Assembly: GCA_963666565.1 (NCBI GenBank)
Contig: OY762911.1
Coordinates: 4,320,001-4,384,000 of the forward strand
DNA: 64,000 bases
Source: Thermoanaerobaculia bacterium
GTDB lineage: Bacteria > Acidobacteriota > Thermoanaerobaculia > Multivoradales > Multivoraceae
Direction of reading: 5' to 3'
Under the pieces are notes generated by a model. It had not been told where the DNA came from. It saw nothing but the letters and a program-made list of their open reading frames with translations, and did no database searches. Shown here one piece after another: positions 1 through 8,240 of the stretch (positions within the stretch are counted from its first letter, which is position 1; each line of letters starts with the position of its first letter). A program made the translations under genes and the position numbers.

Positions 1-298
1 CTGCCGCGATCCGTACGAGGCCGCGGAAGGCGCCGACCTGCTGGCCATCCTCACCGAGTGGAACCAGTTCCGCGCGCTCGAGTTCGACCGCCTGCGGCGC
101 CTGCTGCGGCAGCCGAAGGTCGTCGATCTGCGGAACCTCTACGATCCCGAACGGGTCGCCGCGGCCGGCCTCGGCTACTCCTCGCTCGGACGCGCCGACG
201 CCGCGGCGGGCGGCGCCGGGGCCAACGACGCGGCCATGCCCGACGGCGCGCCGGCGGTCGCCGCGGCCCACGTCCCGGCGGGAGCGAAGGCGTCGTGA
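1..298 (+). CDS. ugd: UDP-glucose 6-dehydrogenase, C-terminal part (5' end outside window)
   Basis: Frame from nt 2 reads [31 protein letters not shown]...[10 protein letters not shown]...GYSSLGR, the typical UDP-binding C-terminal domain. TGA at 296-298 overlaps the next GTG. Not in the ORF track because it has no start in the window. Confidence 0.88.
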   Translation, partial: CRDPYEAAEGADLLAILTEWNQFRALEFDRLRRLLRQPKVVDLRNLYDPERVAAAGLGYSSLGRADAAAGGAGANDAAMPDGAPAVAAAHVPAGAKAS

Positions 299-1251
299 GC
301 CAGCCGCTCTCCGTCGTCACCGGCGGCGCCGGGTTCATCGGCTCCCACCTCTGCGAACGGCTGCTCGCCGAGGGCCACCGGGTCTACTGCGTCGACAACT
401 TCATCACCGGCAGCCCGGCGAACATCGAACACCTCCGCGACGACGAGCGCTTCACCCTGATCGAGCACGACGTCAGCAAGCCGGTCTACGTGGGCCCCGA
501 CGTCGACAACGTCCTTCACTTCGCCTCGCCGGCGAGCCCGGTCGACTACCTGGAACTGCCCATCCAGACGCTCAAGGTCGGATCGCTCGGCACCCACAAC
601 TCGCTCGGCCTGGCCAAGCACCACGGCGCCCGCTACCTGCTGGCCTCGACGTCGGAGGTCTACGGCGACCCGCTGGTCCACCCGCAGCCGGAGTCCTACT
701 GGGGCAACGTGAACCCGGTCGGCCCGCGCGGCGTCTACGACGAGGCGAAGCGCTTCGCCGAAGCGATGGTCATGGCCTACCACCGGATCCACGCGCTGGA
801 CACCCGGATCGTCCGCATCTTCAACACCTACGGGCCGCGCATGAGGCTGCGGGACGGGCGCGTGGTGCCGAACTTCATCCGCCAGGCGCTGTCCGGGAAG
901 CCGCTGACCGTCTACGGCGACGGCGCCCAGACGCGCTCCTTCTGCTACATCGACGACCTGGTCGAGGGCGTGTGGCGGCTGCTGAACTCGTCGGAGACCG
1001 ACCCGGTCAACCTGGGCAACCCGCGCGAGATGACGGTGCTCGAGTTCGCCCAGGTGATCCGGGGCCTGACCGGCAGCCGCAGCGAGATCGAGTTTCAGCC
1101 CCTGCCCGTCGACGACCCGAAGACGCGCCAGCCGGACATCGGCCGCGCCTCCGGCCTGCTCGACTGGACGCCCCGAGTCGACCTGGAGAAGGGTCTGGAG
1201 AAGACGATCCGCTACTTCGCGGGCCTGCTGGACGACCAGGCCGGGCTGTAG
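295..1251 (+). CDS. UDP-glucuronate decarboxylase (UDP-xylose synthase-like extended SDR)
   Basis: GGAGFIGSH Rossmann motif, [23 protein letters not shown] (YxxxK), [13 protein letters not shown] at 295 is coupled by GTGA to the ugd stop. Confidence 0.9.
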   Translation: MSQPLSVVTGGAGFIGSHLCERLLAEGHRVYCVDNFITGSPANIEHLRDDERFTLIEHDVSKPVYVGPDVDNVLHFASPASPVDYLELPIQTLKVGSLGTHNSLGLAKHHGARYLLASTSEVYGDPLVHPQPESYWGNVNPVGPRGVYDEAKRFAEAMVMAYHRIHALDTRIVRIFNTYGPRMRLRDGRVVPNFIRQALSGKPLTVYGDGAQTRSFCYIDDLVEGVWRLLNSSETDPVNLGNPREMTVLEFAQVIRGLTGSRSEIEFQPLPVDDPKTRQPDIGRASGLLDWTPRVDLEKGLEKTIRYFAGLLDDQAGL

Positions 1252-1260
1252 GATCGGAGC

Positions 1261-1811
1261 ATGAACCTCATCGGCTCCAGACCTTCGCCCTCCTCCGCCT
1301 TCGCCTTCATCGCCGCCGCCGCTCTCGCCGCGACGGCGCTCGCCGCCGACCCGGCGGCGGCCCAGGACGAACGGATGGCCGGCATCTGGCAGAAGGACAT
1401 CGCGCGCAGCGACGCGCCCTGGCCGGGACGCCCGGACCGGCCGCAGCCGAACGCGGCCGACATCGAAGTCGAGATCAGCCTGGTCGGCGACGACGTCGAG
1501 TTGATTCAGACCGCCCGCAGGCGCGACTGGCCCACTCCCCAGCACACCGACGTGACCTACGTCACGGACAACAAGCCCCACGCGGCGGCCGACTTGGCCA
1601 GCGGCAGAATGCAGGAAGTGCGGGCCAGGTGGCGGAAGAAGAAACTGACGTTTCGTTCACGGTCAGCCTGCCGGGCTTCGAGGCGGACGTGCAGCAGATC
1701 TGGGAGATAACCAAGCAGGGCGACCTGTTGCAGACGAACTTCGGGCGCGGCGCCGAGGGCCGCCCGGACATCCGCAGGAACTACTTCGTGCGCGCCACCG
1801 CCGTCCAGTAG
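1261..1811 (+). pseudogene. Exported hypothetical protein split by a 1-nt frameshift near 1650
   Basis: Signal peptide (AFAFIAAAALAATALAA...AAA). The frame reads ...VRARWRKKKLT and then degenerates, while the -1 frame continues VSFTVSLPGFEADVQQIWEI...YFVRATAVQ* to 1811. Confidence 0.6.
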
Positions 1812-1899
1812 CCGGACCTCGCCCACGCCAAACCAACGAACGAACCGGTCCGGCGTCGAGCCACGCCGACGCGGGCCGCGAGGCAAGGAGTAACCAGGA

Positions 1900-2943
1900 A
1901 TGCGCACAGCCATCGGCATCGGGAGTGCCTACGCCTCCGGAACGAACTGGGACGCCCTGACGGAGTACGTCGTCGAGGCGGACCGCATGGGCATCGACGA
2001 CGTCTGGTCGGCCGAGGCCTGGGGCACCGACGCGGTGACCCCGCTCGCCTTCCTCGCCGGGCGGACCGAGCGGGTGCGCCTCGGCACCGGCATCATGCAG
2101 ATCTCGGCGCGCGCGCCCTCGATGACCGCGATGACCGCGATGTCGCTGGCGTCCATCTCGAAGGAGCGCTTCGTGCTCGGTCTCGGCGTCAGCGGCCCGC
2201 AGGTCGTCGAAGGGCTCCACGGCGTGCCGTTCGCCATGCCGCTGGGCCGCCTGCGCGAGTACGTCGACATTCTGAAGATCGCCCTGTCGGGCGAGAAGAT
2301 CGCCTACGACGGCAGGCACTACACGCTGCCCCGTCCGGGCGGCGAGGGAAAGGCGATCCGCATGTCGCAGCCGCCCCGGCCCGACCTGCCGATCTACCTC
2401 GCGACCCTCGGTCCGAAGTCCCTGGAGTACACCGGCGAGGTCGCCGACGGCTGGCTCGGCACGTCCTTCATCCCGGAACACACGGACGCCTTCTTCCCGG
2501 CGATGCGCGCCGGCGCCGAGCGTGCCGGCCGGTCGCTCGACGACGTCGACGTCCAGGTCGGCGGCGACGTCGAGTTCGGCGACGACCTGGAGCGGATGGC
2601 CGCCCGCCGCAAGCCGGCGATGGCCTTCACCCTGGGGGCGATGGGCTCGGCGCAGACGAACTTCTACAACGATGCCTACCGTCGCGCCGGCTTCATCGAT
2701 GCCGCCCGCGAGGTGCAGGCCCTGTGGATCTCCCGCAAGCGCGAGGAGGCCGCGGCACGGGTTCCCGACGAGATGGTGCTCGGCAACAACCTGATCGGCA
2801 ACGAGGCGCGGATCCGCGAACGCATCCGCGCCTACCGGGACGCCGGCGTCACGACGCTGCGCCTCAACCCCGCCGGGGGCACCGTTCGCGAGCGGCTCGA
2901 CACGCTGGGCCGGTTTCTGGAACTGGTCCGCGAGGAGGGATGA
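1900..2943 (+). CDS. LLM-class (luciferase-like, probably F420-dependent) oxidoreductase
   Basis: VWSAEAWGTDA, LGTGIMQISARAP, RFVLGLGVSGPQVVEGLHG, GEVADGW motifs; AGGA-type RBS upstream. Confidence 0.85.
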   Translation: MRTAIGIGSAYASGTNWDALTEYVVEADRMGIDDVWSAEAWGTDAVTPLAFLAGRTERVRLGTGIMQISARAPSMTAMTAMSLASISKERFVLGLGVSGPQVVEGLHGVPFAMPLGRLREYVDILKIALSGEKIAYDGRHYTLPRPGGEGKAIRMSQPPRPDLPIYLATLGPKSLEYTGEVADGWLGTSFIPEHTDAFFPAMRAGAERAGRSLDDVDVQVGGDVEFGDDLERMAARRKPAMAFTLGAMGSAQTNFYNDAYRRAGFIDAAREVQALWISRKREEAAARVPDEMVLGNNLIGNEARIRERIRAYRDAGVTTLRLNPAGGTVRERLDTLGRFLELVREEG

Positions 2944-3620
2944 ACTTCCCGGCGCGGCACGGCCCGGAACTCCTCGCGCACGCCGAGCGGAACCTGGGGC
3001 GTTTCGAGCAGCGCGCCCTCGACCCGGAAGCCGCGGCGGCGCGGGCCGCGGAGGCTTCCGGCCACACCGGCGCCGCGCCGGCCAACGCGCACGCCGCGGT
3101 CGCGGTGACGCTGCTGCCCGACAAGGGCGGCCGCGGCTGCTTCCTGCTCACCCGGCGGTCGCTCCGGCTGCGGCGGCACCGCGGGCAGTGGGCGCTGCCC
3201 GGCGGCCGGATCGACGAGGAGGAGACGCCCGAGCAGGCCGCGCTTCGCGAACTCCACGAGGAGGTCGGGCTGGACCTCGACCCCGGCGCCGTCCTCGGTC
3301 GCCTGGACGACTTCGGCACCCGTTCCGGCTTCGTCATCACCCCGGTCGTCTTCTGGTGCGACGGCTACCGCGAACTGGCGCCGAATCCGGCCGAGGTCTA
3401 CCGGGCCTATCGCATCCCCCTGATCGACCTGGACCGCCCGGACGTGCCGGTGCTGCGGGAGATACCGGAGAGCGAGAACCCCGTGCTCTCCATGCCGATC
3501 CGCGGCGGCCTCGTCCATTCGCCGACCGCGGCGATCGTCTACCAGATGCTCGAGGTGGTGTTGCGCGGCAACGACGTCCGCGTGGCCCACTACGAGCAGC
3601 CGGTGTTCGCGTGGCGCTGA
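2940..3620 (+). CDS. Nudix hydrolase, CoA pyrophosphatase family
   Basis: HRGQWALPGGRIDEEETPEQAALRELHEEVG (Nudix box preceded by the NuCoA-type motif), SGFVITPVV. ATG at 2940 overlaps the upstream TGA. Confidence 0.88.
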   Translation: MNFPARHGPELLAHAERNLGRFEQRALDPEAAAARAAEASGHTGAAPANAHAAVAVTLLPDKGGRGCFLLTRRSLRLRRHRGQWALPGGRIDEEETPEQAALRELHEEVGLDLDPGAVLGRLDDFGTRSGFVITPVVFWCDGYRELAPNPAEVYRAYRIPLIDLDRPDVPVLREIPESENPVLSMPIRGGLVHSPTAAIVYQMLEVVLRGNDVRVAHYEQPVFAWR

Positions 3621-3624
3621 CTCG

Positions 3625-4764
3625 ATGACCGGGCGCCACCCGCTCGACGGCGTCCTCGTCGTGGCCATCGAGCAGGCGGTGGCGGCGCCGCTGGCCACCT
3701 GCCGGTTGGCCGACGCCGGGGCGCGGGTCATCAAGGTCGAACGCGAGGGCGGCGACTTCGCCCGCGGCTACGACGGCAGCGGCGGTGTCTCGGCCTACTT
3801 CGCCTGGCTGAACCGCGGCAAGGAGTCCATCGTTCTCGACATCAAGGACGCGGGCGACAGAACCCTGCTCGAACGGATGATCGAGCGCGCGGATGTGTTC
3901 ATCCAGAACCTCGCTCCGGGCGCCGCCGCGCGCGCCGGCATCGGGTCGAAGGACCTCGGCAAGCGTCATCCCCGGCTGATCACCTGCGACATCTCCGGGT
4001 ACGGCGAGGAGGGTCCGTACCGGTCGATGCGCGCCTACGACCTCCTGGTCCAGGCCGAGAGCGGCGTCGCATCGATCACCGGTTCGCCGGAGGAGCCAGG
4101 ACGTGTCGGCGTATCGATCTGCGACTTCGCCACCGGCATCTACGCCTACTCCGCCATCCTCGAAGCCCTGATCGAGCGCGAGAGTACCGGCGCCGGCCGC
4201 AACGTCGAGGCCACCCTCTTCCACACGATGGCGGACTGGATGGCCGTGCCCCTGCTCAGCTTCGAGCAGCAGGGTCTCGACTGGCCGCGAGTCGGCCTCG
4301 GCCACCCGACGATCGTGCCCTACGGCCTGTTCCGGCTCGGTGACGGCGACTCCGTCCTGATCGGCGTCCAGAACGACCGCGAGTTCGTGCGGCTGTGCAA
4401 CGAGGTTCTCGACCGGCCGGAACTGGCCGACGCCTATCCGCGGAACGTGGACCGCGCCAATGCCCGCGACACCGTCGAAGGCGCGATCGGCGCCGTCTTC
4501 CGGCGACACGACCGCGCTTCGATCCAGGCCGCCCTGAACCAGGCCCGCATCGCCTACGGCTTCCTGAACGACGTGGCCGCGCTGTCGCGCCATCCACAAC
4601 TCCGCCGGGCCAGGCAACCTCTCCCCGACGGCACCGAGATCGACATGGTCGCACCCGCCGCCGCCCCCTACGAACCGGGAAGACGCCTGCCGCCGGTTCC
4701 CGAACTGGACGAGCACGGCGCCGCGGTCCGCGCCGAGTTCGGGACCGGCCCCGGGGCCGCGTAG
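3625..4764 (+). CDS. CoA-transferase family III (CaiB/BaiF)
   Basis: PLDGVLVVAIEQAVAAP, GARVIKVER, NRGKESIVLD, ADVFIQNLAPG, AYDLLVQAESG. Confidence 0.9.
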   Translation: MTGRHPLDGVLVVAIEQAVAAPLATCRLADAGARVIKVEREGGDFARGYDGSGGVSAYFAWLNRGKESIVLDIKDAGDRTLLERMIERADVFIQNLAPGAAARAGIGSKDLGKRHPRLITCDISGYGEEGPYRSMRAYDLLVQAESGVASITGSPEEPGRVGVSICDFATGIYAYSAILEALIERESTGAGRNVEATLFHTMADWMAVPLLSFEQQGLDWPRVGLGHPTIVPYGLFRLGDGDSVLIGVQNDREFVRLCNEVLDRPELADAYPRNVDRANARDTVEGAIGAVFRRHDRASIQAALNQARIAYGFLNDVAALSRHPQLRRARQPLPDGTEIDMVAPAAAPYEPGRRLPPVPELDEHGAAVRAEFGTGPGAA

Positions 4765-4780
4765 GGCTGCGGTAAGTGCC

Positions 4781-4953
4781 GCCTGCGGCGGTCCGGGGGA
4801 AGGGTGCCAGCGGACGCTCACGCTTTCTTGGTGGTTGGGAGGTGAGCGCTCGCTTCGGTCGGCTGCGCTCCGTCAGGTCGGAGGTAGGCGTACGGGCATC
4901 GGGCGTCGCTTGCCTCCAGCCCGCTGGCACCCTTCCCCCGGACCGCCGCAGGC
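4781..4953. repeat. 173-bp element with perfect 33-bp terminal inverted repeats (copy A)
   Basis: GCCTGCGGCGGTCCGGGGGAAGGGTGCCAGCGG (4781-4813) is the exact reverse complement of 4921-4953. The element is colinear with 36915-37087. Confidence 0.85.
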
Positions 4954-4985
4954 TGGACGACCTGCCGTGAACGCGGCCTCGCTCC

Positions 4986-5873
4986 TTACAGGGTGGCGTG
5001 GCCCGCGACCAAGGTGATCCAGATCAGAGGCAGAACGACCAGCGAACCGAGAAAGAGGGTCCGGGCGCGTGCGCGGCTGCGGTCGGACGCAAACCGCATG
5101 GCGAACAGAGCGAAGACACCGCTGAAAGCGGCGGCCGCGATGGCGAAGGCCGCAGGTGTGAGGCCAACGGCGGACGCGAGAAGACAGAGGGCGGCCAGCA
5201 GGAGGGCCCAGAGGAGAGAGTGCGTTGCCGTCCGGCCACCGTCCGGATCCGTTGCGGCCAGTACCCTGAAACCCGCCCTCGCGTAGTCATCGCGGTGCAG
5301 CCAGGCCAAGGAGTGGAAGTGCGGGAGCTGCCAGGCGAAGACGATGCCGAAGAGGAGCCAGGCCTCGACGGTCAGGGCGCCGGTCGCGGCGGCCCAGCCG
5401 ATCACCGGCGGCAGGGCGCCGGGCACCGCGCCGGCGAGAACGGCCAACGACGTTCGGCGCTTGAGCGGCGTGTAGATCCAGGCGTAGCTGACGAGGGTCG
5501 CCAGCGCCACGACCGCGGAGAGCGGGTTGGCGCCGAGGGCGAGGACGGCGAGGCCCGCGACGCTCAGAACGGTGGCGAAGAGCTGGCCCGCCGCCGGCGA
5601 GATGCCGCCCAGGGGCAGCGGCCGGAAGCGGGTGCGGATCATCAGGGCGTCGAGGTCGCGCTCCGCAACCTGGTTGAACGCGGCGCCGCCGGCGGCGACT
5701 AGACCGGAGCCAGCCAGGACGGAGAGAAGGACTCCCAGGTCGAGCGCGCCGGCCCCGAGGTAGTAGCCGATACCGACGGTGGCAACGGCCAGGGCATTAA
5801 GCCGCGGCTTGGTCAGCGCCAGCCACAGGGCGGCGCGATTCGGCCGTGCCGCTTCCGCGGCGAGGAGCGTCAC
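4986..5873 (-). CDS. ctaB: Protoheme IX farnesyltransferase (heme O synthase)
   Basis: LTKPR, AFNQVAERDLDALMIRTRFRPLP, YTPLKR, GAVPGALPPVIGW, WQLPHF. GTG at 5873 overlaps the ctaA stop. Confidence 0.92.
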   Translation of the reverse strand: MTLLAAEAARPNRAALWLALTKPRLNALAVATVGIGYYLGAGALDLGVLLSVLAGSGLVAAGGAAFNQVAERDLDALMIRTRFRPLPLGGISPAAGQLFATVLSVAGLAVLALGANPLSAVVALATLVSYAWIYTPLKRRTSLAVLAGAVPGALPPVIGWAAATGALTVEAWLLFGIVFAWQLPHFHSLAWLHRDDYARAGFRVLAATDPDGGRTATHSLLWALLLAALCLLASAVGLTPAAFAIAAAAFSGVFALFAMRFASDRSRARARTLFLGSLVVLPLIWITLVAGHATL

Positions 5874-6847
5874 GCGGGAACCCGCCCGGGGGCGTCGCCG
5901 TTGCTCGTCGCGAAGCGGGTCGCCCGGATCGCCGAAGCGTCGCCGAACCAGGCCCGATGCACCCGCAGCGCCAGCGCCACCGAGACGACCCACAGCAGGC
6001 CGCCGGTCGCCACGTGCGCGGTGTTGACGTGCGGCTGCAGGCCGCTCCACACCGTCCATGCGCCGAGGCCGACCTGAGCCAGCAGCACCGTTCCCAGGAG
6101 CAAGGCCGGGCGGACGAGTTCCGGCCGGTGGCGATGAGCCCCGAGCACCCGCGCGATCAGGGCCACCGCCGCGACGGTCACGGCGACGGCGCCCAGCCGA
6201 TGCGCGAAGTGCAGGGCGATGCCCAGGCTCCACTCCGGCGGCAGCAGCCGGCCGAACGCCAGCGGGAAGTCCGGAATGGCGAGCCCGGCGTCGTTGTGGC
6301 GCATCGTCGCGCCGAGGAGGATCTGGACGTACACGAGAGCCGGAACGGCGAGCGCCAGCCGCGCCAGCAGCCGGTCGTTCAGCGGCGCCTGCCGCCCGAA
6401 GCCCGCCCGCCAGCCCGGCGACGTGAAGACGCCCAGGCTCACGACGAGGGCGAAGAAGAGCTGGGCCAGACCGGCATGGCTGATCGAGATCGGTTTCGGC
6501 AGCAGGTAGATCACCGTGATGCCGCCGAGCAGGCCCTGCGCGATGACCGCGGCGAGCGCCGTCCAGGCCAGCCGGCGCACCCAGGCGCGGGTCTCAACGC
6601 GGGAAGCCCACACCGCCAGACCGATCGTCATCAGCCCGACCACGCTGGCGATCAGGCGGTGGCCGTGCTCGTAGAGGATGCCGCCCACCATCTTCGAGAA
6701 CGGGAAGGCGAACATGAAGTAGCCGTAGGTGTTCGGCCAGTCGGGAACGGCGAGCCCCGAGTCCGTGCTGGTGACCAGGCCGCCGGCCGCGATCAGCAGC
6801 AGGGACGCCGCGGCCAGCAGCCGGAGGTAGTGGTGCAGCCAGCGCAC
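5870..6847 (-). CDS. ctaA: Heme A synthase (COX15/CtaA family)
   Basis: GGLVTSTDSGLAVPDWP, YEHGHRL, HFAHRLGA and further conserved His residues; about 8 hydrophobic segments; adjacent to ctaB. Confidence 0.88.
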   Translation of the reverse strand: MRWLHHYLRLLAAASLLLIAAGGLVTSTDSGLAVPDWPNTYGYFMFAFPFSKMVGGILYEHGHRLIASVVGLMTIGLAVWASRVETRAWVRRLAWTALAAVIAQGLLGGITVIYLLPKPISISHAGLAQLFFALVVSLGVFTSPGWRAGFGRQAPLNDRLLARLALAVPALVYVQILLGATMRHNDAGLAIPDFPLAFGRLLPPEWSLGIALHFAHRLGAVAVTVAAVALIARVLGAHRHRPELVRPALLLGTVLLAQVGLGAWTVWSGLQPHVNTAHVATGGLLWVVSVALALRVHRAWFGDASAIRATRFATSNGDAPGRVPA

Positions 6848-6879
6848 GACCGGCGGACTCTATCCGCGCAGCCGCACGC

Positions 6880-6948
6880 CTGGGTGCGCGGGTCTTCTGA
6901 CCCGCTGCCGCCGCAGGCGGCGGAAGAACGCCGCCGCGAAGCGGCGAC
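6880..6948 (+). repeat. REP-like palindromic element, copy 1
   Basis: CTGGGTGC-GCGGGTC-TTCT-GACCCGC hairpin followed by GCCGCCGCAGGCGGC and CGCCGCGAAGCGGCG hairpins. Confidence 0.8.
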
Positions 6949-6966
6949 TTCAAAACCCGCAGTTCT

Positions 6967-8151
6967 TCAACCGACGATCTTCAGGCGGCGCAGTTCGTCG
7001 ATCTCGGCGGCCGTCATGCCCAACCCCCCCAGCAGGTCGTCGGCGCCCTCGCCCAGGGCCGGCGACGGCGCGACCGGCGCCGGCGGCGTACCCGAGAACT
7101 TCGCCGCCGGACGAGGCACCCTCATCCGGCCGACCTGCGGATGATCGACTTCCCGCAGCAGCTCGTTCTCGACCACCTGCGGGTCGGTCAGCACCTCGTT
7201 GCGGGTCAGGATCGGCGCACAGGGCACATCCTCGGCTTCGAGCGCGGCGATCCACTCCACGGAGGTGCGCTGCCGCATGACGTCGCCGACCATGTCGAGC
7301 CGCTGGTCAGCGTTCGAGATCCGCCCCGCCGCCGTGTTGTACCGCTCGTCCTCCAGCCACTCGAGATGGCCGGTGGCCTGGGCCATGCCCTCCCACTCGG
7401 CGTCGGAGATCGTGGACGCCGTGATGTAACCGTCGGCGGTCCGGTAGATCAGGTCGCTGGTCGACCCGGGCCGGCCGTGCGCGACCTCGCCGCCGACCAG
7501 GATCTGGCGCACGAAGCCCTCGGGCCAGGTGAAGGAGATCGTCGCGTCGAGCATGGCGAGGTCCAGGTGCTGGCCCTCCCCCGTCCGTTCGCGGGCCAGC
7601 AGCGCCGCGGTGATCGCCTGGGCCGCGGTCAGGCCGGTCACCTTGTCCGGGATGATCGTCCGCACCATCTTCGGCTCGCCGGTGACGCGGTCGGCCTGGA
7701 TGTCGGCGAAGCCCGACAGAGCCTGGATGATCGGGTCGTACACGCGCTTCTGGGCGTACGGCCCTTCCTGCCCGAAGCCGCTGATCGACGCATAGACGAG
7801 CCGGGGATTCAGCTCGCGCAGGCGCTCCGCGCCCAGCCCCAGCCGGTCGATCACGCCGGGCCGGAAGTTCTGGACGAAGACGTCGGCGGTGCCGACCAGC
7901 TTCAGCAGGAGGTCGATGCCGCGCTCCTGCTTCAGATCGAGGACCAGGGAGCGCTTGCCGCGGTTGATCGTCGCGAACCCGGCGGTGACGCCGCCTCGCT
8001 GCGGTCCGAGGCGGCGCATGATGTCGCCGCCCGGGGGCGCCTCGACCTTGACGACCTCCGCGCCCTGGTCGGCGAGGAGCATCGTGGCGATCGGGGCCGA
8101 GACCATCGTCGCCAGTTCGATGACCCGGTAGCCGTCGAGTGGACCGCCCAT
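6967..8151 (-). CDS. CoA-transferase family III (CaiB/BaiF)
   Basis: MGGPLDGYRVIEL, LADQGAEVVKVE, NRGKRSLVLDLK, ADVFVQNFRPG, YDPIIQALSG. True start is the ATG at 8151; the longer ORF is a read-through extension. Confidence 0.9.
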   Translation of the reverse strand: MGGPLDGYRVIELATMVSAPIATMLLADQGAEVVKVEAPPGGDIMRRLGPQRGGVTAGFATINRGKRSLVLDLKQERGIDLLLKLVGTADVFVQNFRPGVIDRLGLGAERLRELNPRLVYASISGFGQEGPYAQKRVYDPIIQALSGFADIQADRVTGEPKMVRTIIPDKVTGLTAAQAITAALLARERTGEGQHLDLAMLDATISFTWPEGFVRQILVGGEVAHGRPGSTSDLIYRTADGYITASTISDAEWEGMAQATGHLEWLEDERYNTAAGRISNADQRLDMVGDVMRQRTSVEWIAALEAEDVPCAPILTRNEVLTDPQVVENELLREVDHPQVGRMRVPRPAAKFSGTPPAPVAPSPALGEGADDLLGGLGMTAAEIDELRRLKIVG

Positions 8152-8169
8152 GGCGGCGCAGGCTAGCAG

Positions 8170-8233
8170 GCGCGCCGCGGGTTTCTGGCCGCCTTCGGCG
8201 GCATGCGGGTCGGAAGACCCGCGCACCCAGCGG
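8170..8233 (-). repeat. REP-like palindromic element, copy 2
   Basis: GCGGGTCGGAAGACCCGCGCACCCAGCGG at 8205-8233 is the reverse complement of the family core; GCCGCCTTCGGCGGC hairpin adjacent. Confidence 0.8.
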
Positions 8234-8240
8234 GCAGCGG

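Noticed and set aside
4781-4953. Integron attC site or simple rho-independent terminator
   Set aside because: No RYYYAAC/GTTRRRY ends, no U-tract, and too long; kept instead as an unassigned structured element.
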